Source: Trichoplax sp. H2
Taxonomy: Eukaryota
DNA length: 64,000 nt
Assembly (NCBI GenBank): GCA_003344405.1
Contig: NOWV01000001.1
Location: forward strand, 1,116,001 to 1,180,000
Reading direction: 5' to 3'
The translations under genes and the position numbers were made by a program. This document shows positions 50,201 through 61,889 of this stretch, piece after piece. A model generated the notes under the pieces. The model was not told the origin of the DNA. It made no database searches and saw only the letters and a list, made by a program, of their open reading frames with translations. Numbering within the stretch: position 1 is the stretch's first letter; each line of letters begins with the position of its first letter.

Positions 50201-51280
50201 TATAATAACTTGGGAGCTATGTATAACGCTCAAAACAAGTATGAAGAAGCTATTTCTATGTATAAAAAATCACTTAAAATTAAACTGTCAGTGTTTGGTC
50301 ATAATCACTCTGATATTGCTGAATCATATGGAAATCTTGGCACTATCTATTCTCTTCAAGGCAGGCACGAAGAGGCTATTTCCATGTATAACAAATCACT
50401 TGAAATTCAATTGTCAATTCTTGGTCACAATCATCCTGTTATTGCAAAATTGTATAACAATATAGGAGCCGTCTATGATGAGCAATGCAAGTATGAAGAA
50501 GCTATTTCTATGCATAAGAAATCACTTAAAATTCGATTATCAGTCCTTGATCACAATCATTTAGATATTGCAGCGTCATATAACAATATGGGAAATGTCT
50601 ATTCTCATCAAAGTAAGCATGAAGAAGCTATTTCTATATATGAAATGTCACTGGAAATCCAATTGTCAGTCCTAGATCGCAATCATTTTGAAGTTATTAA
50701 TTTATATAACAACATAGGAGCTGCATATAGAAATCAAGCTAAATATGAAAAGGCAATCGCTGTGTACGAGAAATCACTTAAAATTCAATTGCTAGCCCTT
50801 GGTGACAATCACCCCAATATTGCTACAACATATAACAATATGGGAATTGTATATTCTCATCAGCATAAATATGAGGAGGCCATTTCTATGCATGAGAAGT
50901 CACTCAAAATTCGATTAGCAGTCCTTAATTCTAATCATCCCGATATTGCTGCATCATATAACAATATGGGAAATATCTATTATGATCAGGGTAAATATGA
51001 AGAGGCTATAACTATGTTTCAGCAATCGCTCAAAATTCGATTATCAGTCCTCGATCATAATCATCTTGATATCGCTGCAATTTATAACAACATGGGATCT
51101 GTGTATTGTGATCAAAGCAAGTATGGAGAGGCCATATCTATGTACAAGAAGTCACTAGAAATTCAATCATCCGTCCTTGATCATAATCATCCAGATATCG
51201 CTACAACATATAACAATCTCGAAAATGTCTATAAATATCAGAGTAAGCTTAAACAAGCCACTTCTATGTATCAGAAATAG
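47255..51280 (+). CDS. Intronless tetratricopeptide-repeat protein (kinesin light chain / nephrocystin-3-type 42-aa TPRs), 1341 aa
   Basis: A 94-aa helical N-terminus is followed by 29 complete units and one partial 42-aa unit starting at 47537. Consensus PDIAxSYNNMGxVYxxQGKYEEAISMYEKSLKIxLSVLxHNH, with no indels between units. Confidence 0.9.
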   Translation: MDFPVVKSIPGQITPMYEKAIDNYQSGNLIEVISYCIQILEKIQRLPKSNIDLDRFQYDIYLLVSSIYMKRNEWMKAKEVNEKAQQIAEKMHIEILTARCLDRQGDIKRIRGNWNEALDDYTKSLDIKSSCLEQDDLRIADSYEDIGIIYNAQGRYDKALYMHEISLKIRLSGLDDNHSDVAASYNGIGNVYYHQGKYQDAISMYEKSLKIQLSVLNHNHSDIAKSFNDMGIVYDAQGNYEEAISKYEKSLKIRLSVFDHDHPDVARLYTNMGNVYYHQGKYQNAISMYEKSLKIQLLVLNHSHPDIAKSYSDMGMVYDAQGKYEEAISKYEKSLKVGVAVFGHNHPDIAKSYNKMGNVYYHQSKYQDAISIYEKSLKIQLSVLDYNHPDTAKSYNDVGVVYDAQGKHKEASSMYEKSLKIRLSVLGHNHPDIATSYNNMGNVYSHQNKYELAISMLKKSLKIRLSVIDHNHPDVAQSYNDIGCVYDDQGNYEKATAMYKVSLKIRLSVFGYNHPDIAISYNNMGIVNFNQSKYEEALLMYEKSLEIRLSVLNNNHHDVAKSYNNMGNVYWHQGKYEEAICMFEKSLKIELSILGPNHPHVAISYNNMGNSYFNQCKYEEAISMYEKSLKIRLSVLGYDHLDVAISYNNLGNVYMDQGKHEKAMTMFEKSLKVQLSILGYNHPNIAKLYNNMGSAYSHQSKYEEALSMYNNALKIELLVMGHKHIDVAKSYNNIANIYFRQSKHEEAISTYEKSLKIHLSVFSHMHIDVAKLYSNIGVVYDDQGKHDEALSMFEKSLKIRLIALDHNHPDIAASYNNMGNIYMKKGKQEEAINMYENSLKIQLSVLDCNHPVIAKLYTNMGAVYHDQGKYEKAVSIYKESLKIQLSVLGHNHSDVAKSYDNLGNAYFNQNKHGEAISMYENSLKIRLSVLGCNHTDIAKSYNNIGAVHGAQCKYEEAISMYKKSLKIQLSAFSHNHPDIATSYNNLGAMYNAQNKYEEAISMYKKSLKIKLSVFGHNHSDIAESYGNLGTIYSLQGRHEEAISMYNKSLEIQLSILGHNHPVIAKLYNNIGAVYDEQCKYEEAISMHKKSLKIRLSVLDHNHLDIAASYNNMGNVYSHQSKHEEAISIYEMSLEIQLSVLDRNHFEVINLYNNIGAAYRNQAKYEKAIAVYEKSLKIQLLALGDNHPNIATTYNNMGIVYSHQHKYEEAISMHEKSLKIRLAVLNSNHPDIAASYNNMGNIYYDQGKYEEAITMFQQSLKIRLSVLDHNHLDIAAIYNNMGSVYCDQSKYGEAISMYKKSLEIQSSVLDHNHPDIATTYNNLENVYKYQSKLKQATSMYQK

Positions 51281-53321
51281 CTTAAAATTTCATTATCATT
51301 CCTCGATAGTTATGACTGCAGTAAGGTAAAGTTGTATTTGCAGCATAGAAAAGATTTATTATAATCAAGTCAAGTATGAGGGCCACATTACATGTTTTAG
51401 AACTCATTCAAAATTACGTTATCATGATCATTCTAATGCTTGCAGTCCAACAACTACTTATGCAGAATCTTTAAATTAAATTTAACAATTGAATATCTTT
51501 ACAAGAAACGTACGAACTGAATACTATTTTTACGCACAATTGTTTTGGTCGATTGCCTAGTCCATTTACTTAACTATATCAACTTGCTTAAATTGCAGAA
51601 TTAAGCCATTTCGTCCAGTATAATGTTAACCAAATTAAATAACACTGTATCAAATGAGGGGTTTTTGCAATGCTCCGATATTGGATAACGGAGGCAAAAT
51701 TTTAAAATTGAGAGAATATTATAAATACGTTTACAATAGTAATGAAGAGCATAAAATTACTCTTTATAGATAAGTTGATAATAAATAATAATTGCTTGTA
51801 AATGTACTAAGTATTATGAATGCTTTTAAATAAGTGATTGATATATTGCAGGTATAATGTATTTTTGTGATCATTATTTTCGAGATACGGTATCGTTTGC
51901 AACGATATGTGTTATTTTGTAAGGATTATCCCGATGGTTAGTATTAACGAATTAAGGACATTAGGATCGTAGACTCTAGATGAATTTGTAAGAGAAATCC
52001 TTTGATTCCATGAAAATTTATAACATTTTACTTAATCGCTATGGGGATCTAGAGTAGCTGATGATTAAACTTTGAGCGGTCATATGCATACTTGTTTCGT
52101 TTATTAGGATAAAATTTAAGTGCGATTTGATGATCTTATCCCTAGTTCACATTAGGTGAAATTTAATCAGAAAGTATGAAAGAAGATGCAGTAGTTAAGA
52201 ATATTGATTGGATTTTGCCGTTTTAAATGAAGACTGAACTAGGAAATATGAACCCAGCTGATAAGCTGTCTTGTTATACATGTTATTTTGATATTTCCTG
52301 ATTGTTGAGGCTACCGATGTGTCTTAGCCCATTGTATTGTTTTGTATAAAATTTTTGATGAACGGTAGTTGAACTTATTGATTGAAATTCTATATAAAAC
52401 TATAAATTGCCTGCATCAAATTATTAGCTATTGAATATTATGTGAAATTCAGTTGTGGTAACCTACTAAGTACGTACGTAATGTCCGCAATAGCCACAAA
52501 TATATTACTACATTAACTATTATTATTATTCGTACATACTAGATTGCAATCGCACTTTATGCTGTACTTACCCATATCATCATTCATCATTGAATAAGTA
52601 CAATATATAGTATAATAAGTGACTGTATAATTGCATATTGAGCCCTGTATAACCAATACTGTACAAGTGGTCAATCATCATATGTTGAGTCGAAATATTT
52701 TGTTAGGAATTTTCGAACTCTACATTTTGTAGAATTATAGATATCGATGATTTTATTATTGAATTATCAAGACTATAATCTTGGTTGTCAAGATTCTTTC
52801 GGTAATAAATAGTAGCAATTCTCTAATACCTCGTCTACACCGTCAATGACGCTATAACTATAATGTAGTATTCGGTCGTTGGAACTGGCCTATTTGATGA
52901 TATAGCAAATCTCATCTCTTAAAGTTAGTAAGAGGCGTTTTTCATTAGCGTAGGTGTGACAGATATTTACTAAAATAGTGCTTGATATCGTGTCCACTTA
53001 TTTTAGGAGACTTAATTTGATAATCAATCCGTCATATCTACTATTCCTCAGCAAAAAATGAATTCTTTCAAAATAATCCATTGTTTTATATAACTTGCTA
53101 AAATAAAATTAGCATCGCTAATAAAGGATATATTGTAAGAATAGCAACAAGTTACAATAACTTCTATCATACAATTTTATTTTGGATGGAGTAATAACTG
53201 TCTATTCACAGTATCACTAATAATAACTTGTAAATACTCATATATTTACAGGTAGCTATGTATAGAACACGTTATACATTATATCTGATTATATAAACTA
53301 AATTTTATAGGTTATCCATCA

Positions 53322-56300
53322 TCACTTCTTTCTTGATACAGTAGAAGTTGCAGATACTTTCTGATTAACAGAATGTATAAACTCCCAAAGATTTTTTCCA
53401 ACGTTTGTGTTGCCTAACAGCTCAATGAGACGTTCCTTATTTGCAGTTCGTAGCTCTTGAAAATCTTTTATATTATTCATAATAGATCTACAACGTATGG
53501 TCAATATTAACCAAAACTTTTTTACTTTTAGTGGTATAAAATAGCACAAAGTCCGTCATGAGTTGTAGTAAAATAGCTATCCTGCGCTAAAAATTTATAC
53601 ATTGCATTACCTATAGTTTTTTATGGATATTCCTGGAAGTTTTAAAACAAAGTCTTGCGTTTTAGGTGTATACATATCATATTGGACAACTGCATTTTCT
53701 TCATCTCCAACTTCACTAGCATAATTGGGGTCAGGCTCATCATGATTTAACTATAGTATTTAGCAATCGCATAACAAAGTTATCCTATTAAATATAAATA
53801 CACCTAGCCTAACTTGTGCAAAATAAGGTATCTCATAGTTATTTCGCTTGATCATATTGTGTGAAATAAAACGATGAACTAACCTTTAATTGTTCAAATA
53901 GCTCGGCAGTAGAGTGTGGACTGTCACACCATAGCAATCTTAACTAGTTTTATCAAAAATAGTAGTTATACACATCTACGCTCAAGGAACAATAGGGTTA
54001 CATAATTTAATGTTCACATCTAAGTTATACACTTACTTTTGGAAACTGTAATGTCAAAAGAGCAACTTTGGAAGTAAGGTCTTGAAAGGAAATCTCACCC
54101 GGGTGAAAGCGCTTAGATTCAAGAACGAAAGGTTTATTTTTAACAAACTCTATCAACAATATTGGACGTTGATAATATCTGGTCATTGCAACGACTTGGT
54201 TATATCTTAAGATAAGAAAATAAATGCCGTATAGAAGAAGAGGTTAGTAAAAGTGGTACGAAAGATTAAAATATTAATCTTACTTACAAACGACCACTAT
54301 TTAAAGAACCAATCAAGTCACTTAAACTCTTTCTTTCCACACACATATCTGGAGATAATATATAATCTCCAATCTAGTTAACATAGCCATCATTCGTCAA
54401 TTTGGTTTAAGAATATGAATATTCTTTAATTAAATTATTATATAGAAGATATTTGGGCTACCTTTAAAGTAATAGGTACTATGTCAATTCCTCTCTTGTG
54501 AATTAAAGATGGCAGCTCACTTCGAAATTCACGTACATCAACAATAATCTATATTAAAATTAGAGAAAATTGTCATAAATGATATATAACAACACTTTTC
54601 ATCTCATTAACTGCACTTGCATTAAAAGACTAGATAAATAACCTTCCTATTCCGATTAACTTGACTTCTACCGCCTGCTATCCTTGTGTCAACATTCATA
54701 GCTATCGATTGGATGTCGCAAGAAAATTGCTGACAGCTGTCGGATTTACCTTCCCTTTCTTCAGGTATAACCATTGCCTACGTTCGATCGTACTGCATTT
54801 ACTTTCACGATGTTATATGAAATCGCGTATAATTTGTTACTATTCAGAATTAAAATACGGTATATATTATGTTTTTAATTTACCGCTTTTTCACGAATTA
54901 AAGTCTCAAATGCTTCTTTTTCTTTCCTTAATGCCGTTAGATATTTCTAAACAAGCACATATGAGTATGATAAATAAAAATATAGGCACTTCTTCAACTT
55001 TTGACCCATGCACAAGTTAATCACATTCCTATCACAGCCACAAGGCTATAAGATTTAAAATTACCTGCTCTTCGGCTGATGATGAATACATCGTGAAATA
55101 TACTCGAAGTTGCTGACCCGGCCGTGATGCTTTAAATACCTTTATATCAGATGATTAAATCCACAGAACCCGCAATTTAGCGTACTTAACTAGTCGTCTT
55201 ACGAATAATGTTATTAGTTGACTACTACTCACTTCTAATTGTCGTACAAAGACAAGCTCTGGATCATACAAGATGACAAAGCGTGGATTAAGTGCAGTCA
55301 GAACCCGTGTAAGACTGTATGGATCACTGAAAAAAACGAAAATATACTTATTTTAAATGTCCGTAATGTTCATTCCATCATATGATCGTACCTGCAGCCA
55401 TGCAACGGGTGAATGGTAATAGCGTCTAGAGGAAGACCTTCAATTTCCTCAGGATTTAAGTGAATAGCATCTAGAAGATCAAGATTAGAAGAGATATACT
55501 TATGCATTCTTTGCATAGAAAGCCGTTTGGGTCATAAGCTATACACCAAACCTGTTTTGCTCTTCTTTTTGCTAGTCTCTTCCTGATTTTCTGCCTCATT
55601 ACTTTTACGTTTTTCTTTCGATTTTTTTGAGAGTTTAACCATAATAGGTGAAATCTAAAGGTTGATATTACAATTACGGTTAATGACATATCTCTATACC
55701 GACTGTATACGTGTAGATGGACATAAAAGTCATGCCTTAGAGCTTGAACCAACCGAGATTTCTGCGTTACGATTTTCATTCCCCGTACCTATTATTTGTT
55801 AAATATAAAATAATTTTAGCCTTATACGATAGCATATCAAATCATTAACGATGCATTTTCCACTTGAAATCGAGTTATAGCAATCTCATTAGCAAATAAA
55901 ATACCGTGATTCCTTACCATCTGCAAGGGATATTTTATTTTTTTCTGATCTGGTTCTGTTAAAATTCCGCATAAGAGCCTCACGTTCTCCATGAATTAGA
56001 TACTGAATGCAGTTACGTTTAACAAATCAACCGTTAATGCAGATATTAAAGTGACTTTCAACGTGAACTGCTCTATCAATCTAACAGATCTTACATTTTT
56101 AATCTGATAACATGTTCTTTCGTCTAAAGCACATATCAATACCCGTTTTTCTTCAGCTATTATTTAACGAAGTAAAAACTGCAAGTTAGTATTTTCAAGA
56201 CTGCGTACGCAAGGATCATAGAAAACATCAAATAATGACTGCCTTCCAAAATTTTATCATCTTGTACTAACAGTTACAATCCATATCCTTAATTTCTTCC

Positions 56301-59300
56301 AGAATTTTAGTCAGCAGACTCCATTTTGGATTTGGTTCAAGAAGAGTATCTAAGTTTTAAGATTGCATAATATTAGCAAGATAATGTATATAGTAATAAA
56401 ATTATCAGATTATGCTAATCAGGTGTATGTGGTATGAGAGACCAAATGGTAGATAAACTGAAATCATACCTAACTGATCTGATTCTATAAATTCCGCCCT
56501 TTTGGTAATACATAATTTTATTAGACAATGTGATTTCAGCTTATTTATTTATGCCCTGAAATCTATAATTACCTTGTCTTCGAGTTTTCAGTCGCTACAG
56601 TACTGTCACCAAAAACACGCTTTCGAGCATGCTGGAAAACATAGTAGATATTAAATATATTGAATCTGATTTAAGTGTATATATTCCATACAAATCCACG
56701 AAGGACGGTCTACTTACTGTAAACAATACGTTCGTCGAATCTAGAAATAGCCAAAGTGAATACTTATTCAGTCGTGTTCCGTTTGTCCTACGAAAGTTCA
56801 TAACATCATAAGAAAATATATTTTCATCTTAAAAATATTACCATGTGCAATCATTTTTAAGTACGAATTATATTATTAGGTAACTGTTAGTTAACCTGAC
56901 AGATTCCAAATAATTCAGAAATGTAATGCAATCGTACTGTGTCAAGAATCTAAAATCAAGTATTAGTGAATACTAGCGCTAAACAAAAATGAAACTATTA
57001 ATTACTTATTAATCTAAAAATACAAACAAGATTAGCAAGCGCAGCATCTTCAAATCATCTATCAATTGCTTGGTCTTTCCACTCTATCAATATTATTTTC
57101 ACATTATTAGTACAAATTAAATTTTGCCAATTATATTATTTTTTCCTTCTCACCAACTGGTGCCATATAGGCTCAAGTTGTACTTTTACTATATTATCGA
57201 ACGCTTGGCTCATCGCATTCTCAACCACCAAATCCGATGTATCTAACTACATATCAATTGCACTTTGTTTACCGTTACATCATAACTTTCAAATCGAGAA
57301 TGTGTAATTACATTGTATTTAACATGTGCTTAATTAATGGGAGTAATAATTTACCGATGGATTGCCCTTTTTCAGTTCTTTCAAACACGTATAGATAATA
57401 TCTATGATCGCGGTTTGAATTGTAACCATGTGCTTTGTCATTGGTATCAACAATTCCACTACATCAACCTGCGGATAAATTTAATAGTAGTAAGGAAATT
57501 AAAGCTTTCCCGAGAAAATTGCTTTTACATTGTCGTCTGAATTATTTTACCTTATGTTTCTCCAAGCAGCCTGTAACCGTAGCATGAAATCTTATCGATA
57601 ATGTTACAAAATACAGTACATTAGAATTATCTCAGAATTATTAAACTCCGTGAAAATTATCATACCTTGGCCAAAGAAATAATTTCCTGACAAAAAGATT
57701 TTTCATTACTTTTTCAACTTGAGAGAAACCAGAAGTGAACGTTGAGGGAGCATCAGAGAATGCTTTGACAAATCCGTTCTAAAATATTGAGAAATTGTTT
57801 AAAAATTTCACAGCTCAAGACATTTTGATTAAGTACAGGTCAGTAATAGAAAATTAGTTATTCGATTACTTTGTTATTTTGCCGATATAGTCTTGTAATG
57901 AAAGCTTCTTGGTAAGACTCTATCATTCTACATTGTAGGTAAAATAAGCTTTGCTCGTATATTGGTAACAAAAATGATCAATTTCATGAATTTGGATAGC
58001 TAACTAACTTGTGAGCCTTTGCAACAATGATACCGTTGATAAGGTGAATTGGGACTCTCTTCGATAACATATCGACAACCAAAATTCGAGGTGTCACAAA
58101 CAAAACACCACCTTGTAGATAGATTTCTTCCCTGGTTTTAATAAGTTTTTTCGGGGATTAGGTATCGCCATCTAATACGTAACATGTCGCTAGAAGATAC
58201 TAGCTTAAAGATACATATTTGGCTCATCTATTTTTATAGATTGTAAAGTAATAGTAGGTACTACAGTACGAGGTATAGAAGATAGCTTAGGTCAAGGTAA
58301 GGTCTGCCAACATTTTAATCTCATTCCAACTACATGATTATGAAATTTTCGATTTCCATAATGCCAAGATGTGATATCATTGGTAATTTTTAGCTCACCT
58401 TTCAATAGATGAATACTGGCTAGTAATAATTTTGGGTATAAGATCTACATTGTGTGCTTTCAATTCCTCGATGAAATATTCCTTTGACATACGGATAAAT
58501 TCCAAAATGTTAATTTATAATATGAAGGTGTTATTAATTACGCTTATATTGCTTACAGTATATACTATATCGTACATAAAAACTACGGTATGAAAATTAT
58601 CCAAAGAGATTGATTAAGTGGAATAATAACCTCTTGATAATTAGAAGTATTTAATACCAGTACAAATGACTTAGGACTGCAATACAATTTCAAAAAATTG
58701 AGCATCATTCTGTCAACTCCAAGGCCTCTAACGACGCAATAATAAATTATAAGAAAAAAAGATTAGCGAAATATAATTAATTTGTATCGTTCGATGATTA
58801 GTGGAGAAGCTGAATATAAAAGATTAGTATGGTAATGTACTATATGTTGAGTCTTGAATCACTGAATGTAGCCACAAATGCAATAACGATCAATAACATT
58901 TCCAATGCAATACAATAAAGTAGCCTTCAGCATAAAGTTCTATGAGAGTAAGGTTGTTTTACAAGGTTTACGTATATAGTATGTTACAAACTTAGATTTC
59001 AGTCAATGTATTAACACAGCTGAAAGCGTTTACTTGTTACAAAAATCCCCTCTTGATGTGATCTTTGAAGATAGAAGTAATTCTAGTAAGACCGAAATTA
59101 TGGCGCTATTTTAGTTATGTTATATAACGTAGAATTTAGCTTAAAATAAAAGTTCTTGTAGATCTAGTATCTTTCCAGTTACATCTAATATAAGAAAGTT
59201 ATTACGGTTGTCTTCGCTGTATAAACAAAACATCAAGTGTTTAGTAAAAGGTTAGCCATATACGCGGATTAAAACCATACTGGACATTTCTAAATATTCC

Positions 59301-59964
59301 ATAGTACTTGATTGATTCTTTGAGGATATAGTGTAGCGTTATAATTTTCAACTAGTCATAACTCCAGTCCTTATTAATGATGTAGTTATATCTACTTTCC
59401 AATGAAATCGATTATTTACTGTCGATGCAGAACCACTCGTATTATAATTATCAAGGAGCATTATGCATGTCTGATCAAAACGACTGTACTTATCTTTAAG
59501 TGACAGTCGAATTAGAATGTAATCTTCAAATAATTATACCAATCTACACGGCGGTTTTAAAAGCTGTAGTCATATTACACCATGAATGTAGATACTATTT
59601 GAATATACTGTACAGCAATACGATATCGGAGTGGGCAATTGCAATCAATCTATTCTTGAATTTTAGCTGGTAACTAATTTGTTTACCGAAATAGATGTCA
59701 ATCAATTAAGGGATGTAATGAATGAATAATTTTATCTTCTGTTACAAAATCATTTCCCATTTTTCAAAGATAAAATTCATGGAAAATAATAGCAGTTGTA
59801 GCATATATTGGTATGGCTCAAAGAAGGCTATTGCAATGCTTATGCCAAACATTTGCTAATAGTCATTTCACTTACTTGGCCATGATGACTAAACCATCTT
59901 CATTCAAGAGATCCAAGAAGATTTGTCGATCAAATTCTAGTAATTCACCTGTATTACCAGCCAT
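53322..59964 (-). CDS. ERCC4: DNA repair endonuclease XPF, about 30 short exons
   Basis: Starts [33 protein letters not shown] (59964-59876, then ~58727). Helicase-like motifs [44 protein letters not shown]. Nuclease core [45 protein letters not shown] (~54549-54286). HhH-containing tail ends at TGA 53322. Confidence 0.96.
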
Positions 59965-60587
59965 TCTATTCCTAATGCTTACCGTCGATATCTTATCTAC
60001 AACAGCAATAATTTATATTCAGCTAAGTTGATCTGCAAAGAATCATGCTGGACTATCTAGTCGTAAAATATTGATAGTTAGGCCGAATGCTGATGGTTTC
60101 TTTGGGCTTTTTCTTTCTGCCACAATCAGAATGTGCAAATGCGATTTTGATTTAGTCAGCAAGTTGTCAGGATTCAGTAGGACTGAATAGTAGTATAAAT
60201 GCGTTGATATTGGGTACTGTTCTAAACTAGTCGTAAAAGAGCGGTGAAATTGAAGAAAAAAATCGAAAACTTTTTCTTACCTATGGGATAGAGCATACTG
60301 TAGCTTAGGCTTTCGCTATACAATACCAGTAAGCATATTGCTGACGATACTAATAGCTGTACTTTCGTAGTACTGTACGGGTAGCATTACTGATACATGC
60401 AGTGTTGCTGCAACGCACTGTATGTGACTTGGAGTTTTGGCCACTCTGCTGATAGGTAAACAAATTGATCTCATATCCCAATCTTGCAGTCTGATTTTCC
60501 ATCGAGATTGGAAGATTGAAATTGGAGTAAGTTGAATCAATCTTATAACTATCCTTTAGAAGACGTTGTCGTTTGACACAGGTTAGG
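59965..60587. promoter_or_regulatory. Putative bidirectional promoter ERCC4/SCPEP1
   Basis: Divergent start codons lie ~620 bp apart. Inferred from geometry only. Confidence 0.5.
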
Positions 60588-61889
60588 ATGCGTTGGATTA
60601 TTATTCTTGGATTACTTTTATGCGGTGTTCAGTGGGCCACTGCCAGCAGTTCTAAAATCCCCAAGCAAAAATGGGGCTATGTTGATGTTCGTAAAAATGC
60701 TCACATGTTTTGGTGGTTTTATGGTGCTAGTCAACAACGGCGCGATCAAGCACCACTTGTAATGTGGTTACAAGGTGGTCCAGGTGGCTCATCGACTGGT
60801 TTTGGTAATTTTCTGGAGATTGGACCGTTAACAGTCCAATTGAAACCAAGAAATACTACTTGGCTACAAAAAGCAAATCTCTTATTTGTTGACAATCCTG
60901 TCGGTGCTGGATTTAGTTACGTCGATAAACCTTCTGCTTATTGCACCAACGTGACACAAATTGCTAACGATTTGGTCACCATGTTTAAAGCATTTTTAAA
61001 GACTATTCCAGCCTTTCGTAAAATCCCATTTTATATCTTCTGTGAATCTTACGGAGGTAAAATGACTGCTGCTTTTGGTGTAGCTCTGAAAAAGGCAGTC
61101 ATGTCCAAAGAAATTTCAGTCGATTTTCGTGGTGTTGCTCTTGGTGACTCTTGGATATCACCACAAGATTCGGTTGATACTTGGGGCCCTTATTTATTGT
61201 CTACATCATTGGTTGATACTGAAGGTGCAGCACAAATTCAAAGCTATGCCAATAACATAAGGACTGCTCTTTCAAACAAGAAATATGCTAAAGCAACAAA
61301 TCTATGGAGTCAGATGGAAAATGTTGTCGAAAACTTGACCAACAATGTCAATTTTTATAATATCTTGACACAACCATCAAGCAATGGGTTAACCTGTGCT
61401 GCCCATGATACTGCATGCCGGATTTTAAGTGAAATGAATACCCTTACCCTAGCTCAACTAATGAATGGCCCTATTCGTAAGAAGCTTAGAATTATTCCAA
61501 AGAATGTAACTTGGGGTGGTCAATCAGGACCAGTCTTTCAATATCAATCGGTTGAATTTATGAAACCTGTCATTGATGATGTCGATAAATTATTAGATAT
61601 GGGTGTATCAGTTACTGTCTACACCGGACAACTTGATCTTATTGTTGATACTTTAGGTACCGAAAGGTGGGTCAATAAGTTAAAGTGGAAGTATCTCAGT
61701 CAATATAAAAAGAGCAAAAGAGTTCCGATATACGCTTCTGGATCTCGTGAAACAGGCGCATTTTATAAATCTTACAAAAATTTGTCATTTTATTGGATAA
61801 TGAAAGCTGGTCATATGGTGCCTGCTGATAATGGGCCGGTAGCATTAGAGATGTTGGAAAGAGTTATTGGCGCAAAGCATATGAATTAA
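60588..61889 (+). CDS. SCPEP1: Retinoid-inducible serine carboxypeptidase-like (peptidase S10), single coding exon, secreted/lysosomal
   Basis: ATG at 60588 starts signal peptide MRWIIILGLLLCGVQWATA. Motifs WGYVDVRKNAHMFWW, WLQGGPGGSS, FVDNPVGAGFSY; catalytic ESYGG (Ser), GQLDLIV (Asp), AGHMVP (His). Confidence 0.93.
   Translation: MRWIIILGLLLCGVQWATASSSKIPKQKWGYVDVRKNAHMFWWFYGASQQRRDQAPLVMWLQGGPGGSSTGFGNFLEIGPLTVQLKPRNTTWLQKANLLFVDNPVGAGFSYVDKPSAYCTNVTQIANDLVTMFKAFLKTIPAFRKIPFYIFCESYGGKMTAAFGVALKKAVMSKEISVDFRGVALGDSWISPQDSVDTWGPYLLSTSLVDTEGAAQIQSYANNIRTALSNKKYAKATNLWSQMENVVENLTNNVNFYNILTQPSSNGLTCAAHDTACRILSEMNTLTLAQLMNGPIRKKLRIIPKNVTWGGQSGPVFQYQSVEFMKPVIDDVDKLLDMGVSVTVYTGQLDLIVDTLGTERWVNKLKWKYLSQYKKSKRVPIYASGSRETGAFYKSYKNLSFYWIMKAGHMVPADNGPVALEMLERVIGAKHMN

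Noticed and set aside
47955..50465. Many short alternative-frame and antisense ORFs inside the TPR gene
   Set aside because: Shadows of the 126-bp periodic coding repeat; no independent coding signal.
55735..55760. Possible second GC donor (AAG|GCATGA) in ERCC4
   Set aside because: An in-phase canonical donor (TCG|GTTGGT) lies 18 nt upstream in a poorly conserved linker, so it cannot be decided without reads.
54661..57540. + strand ORFs and off-frame - strand ORFs within ERCC4
   Set aside because: Explained by XPF exons plus intron read-through.
276..59964. ELOF1 and ERCC4 (both linked to nucleotide excision repair) in one window
   Set aside because: They are more than 50 kb apart with unrelated genes between; probably coincidental.
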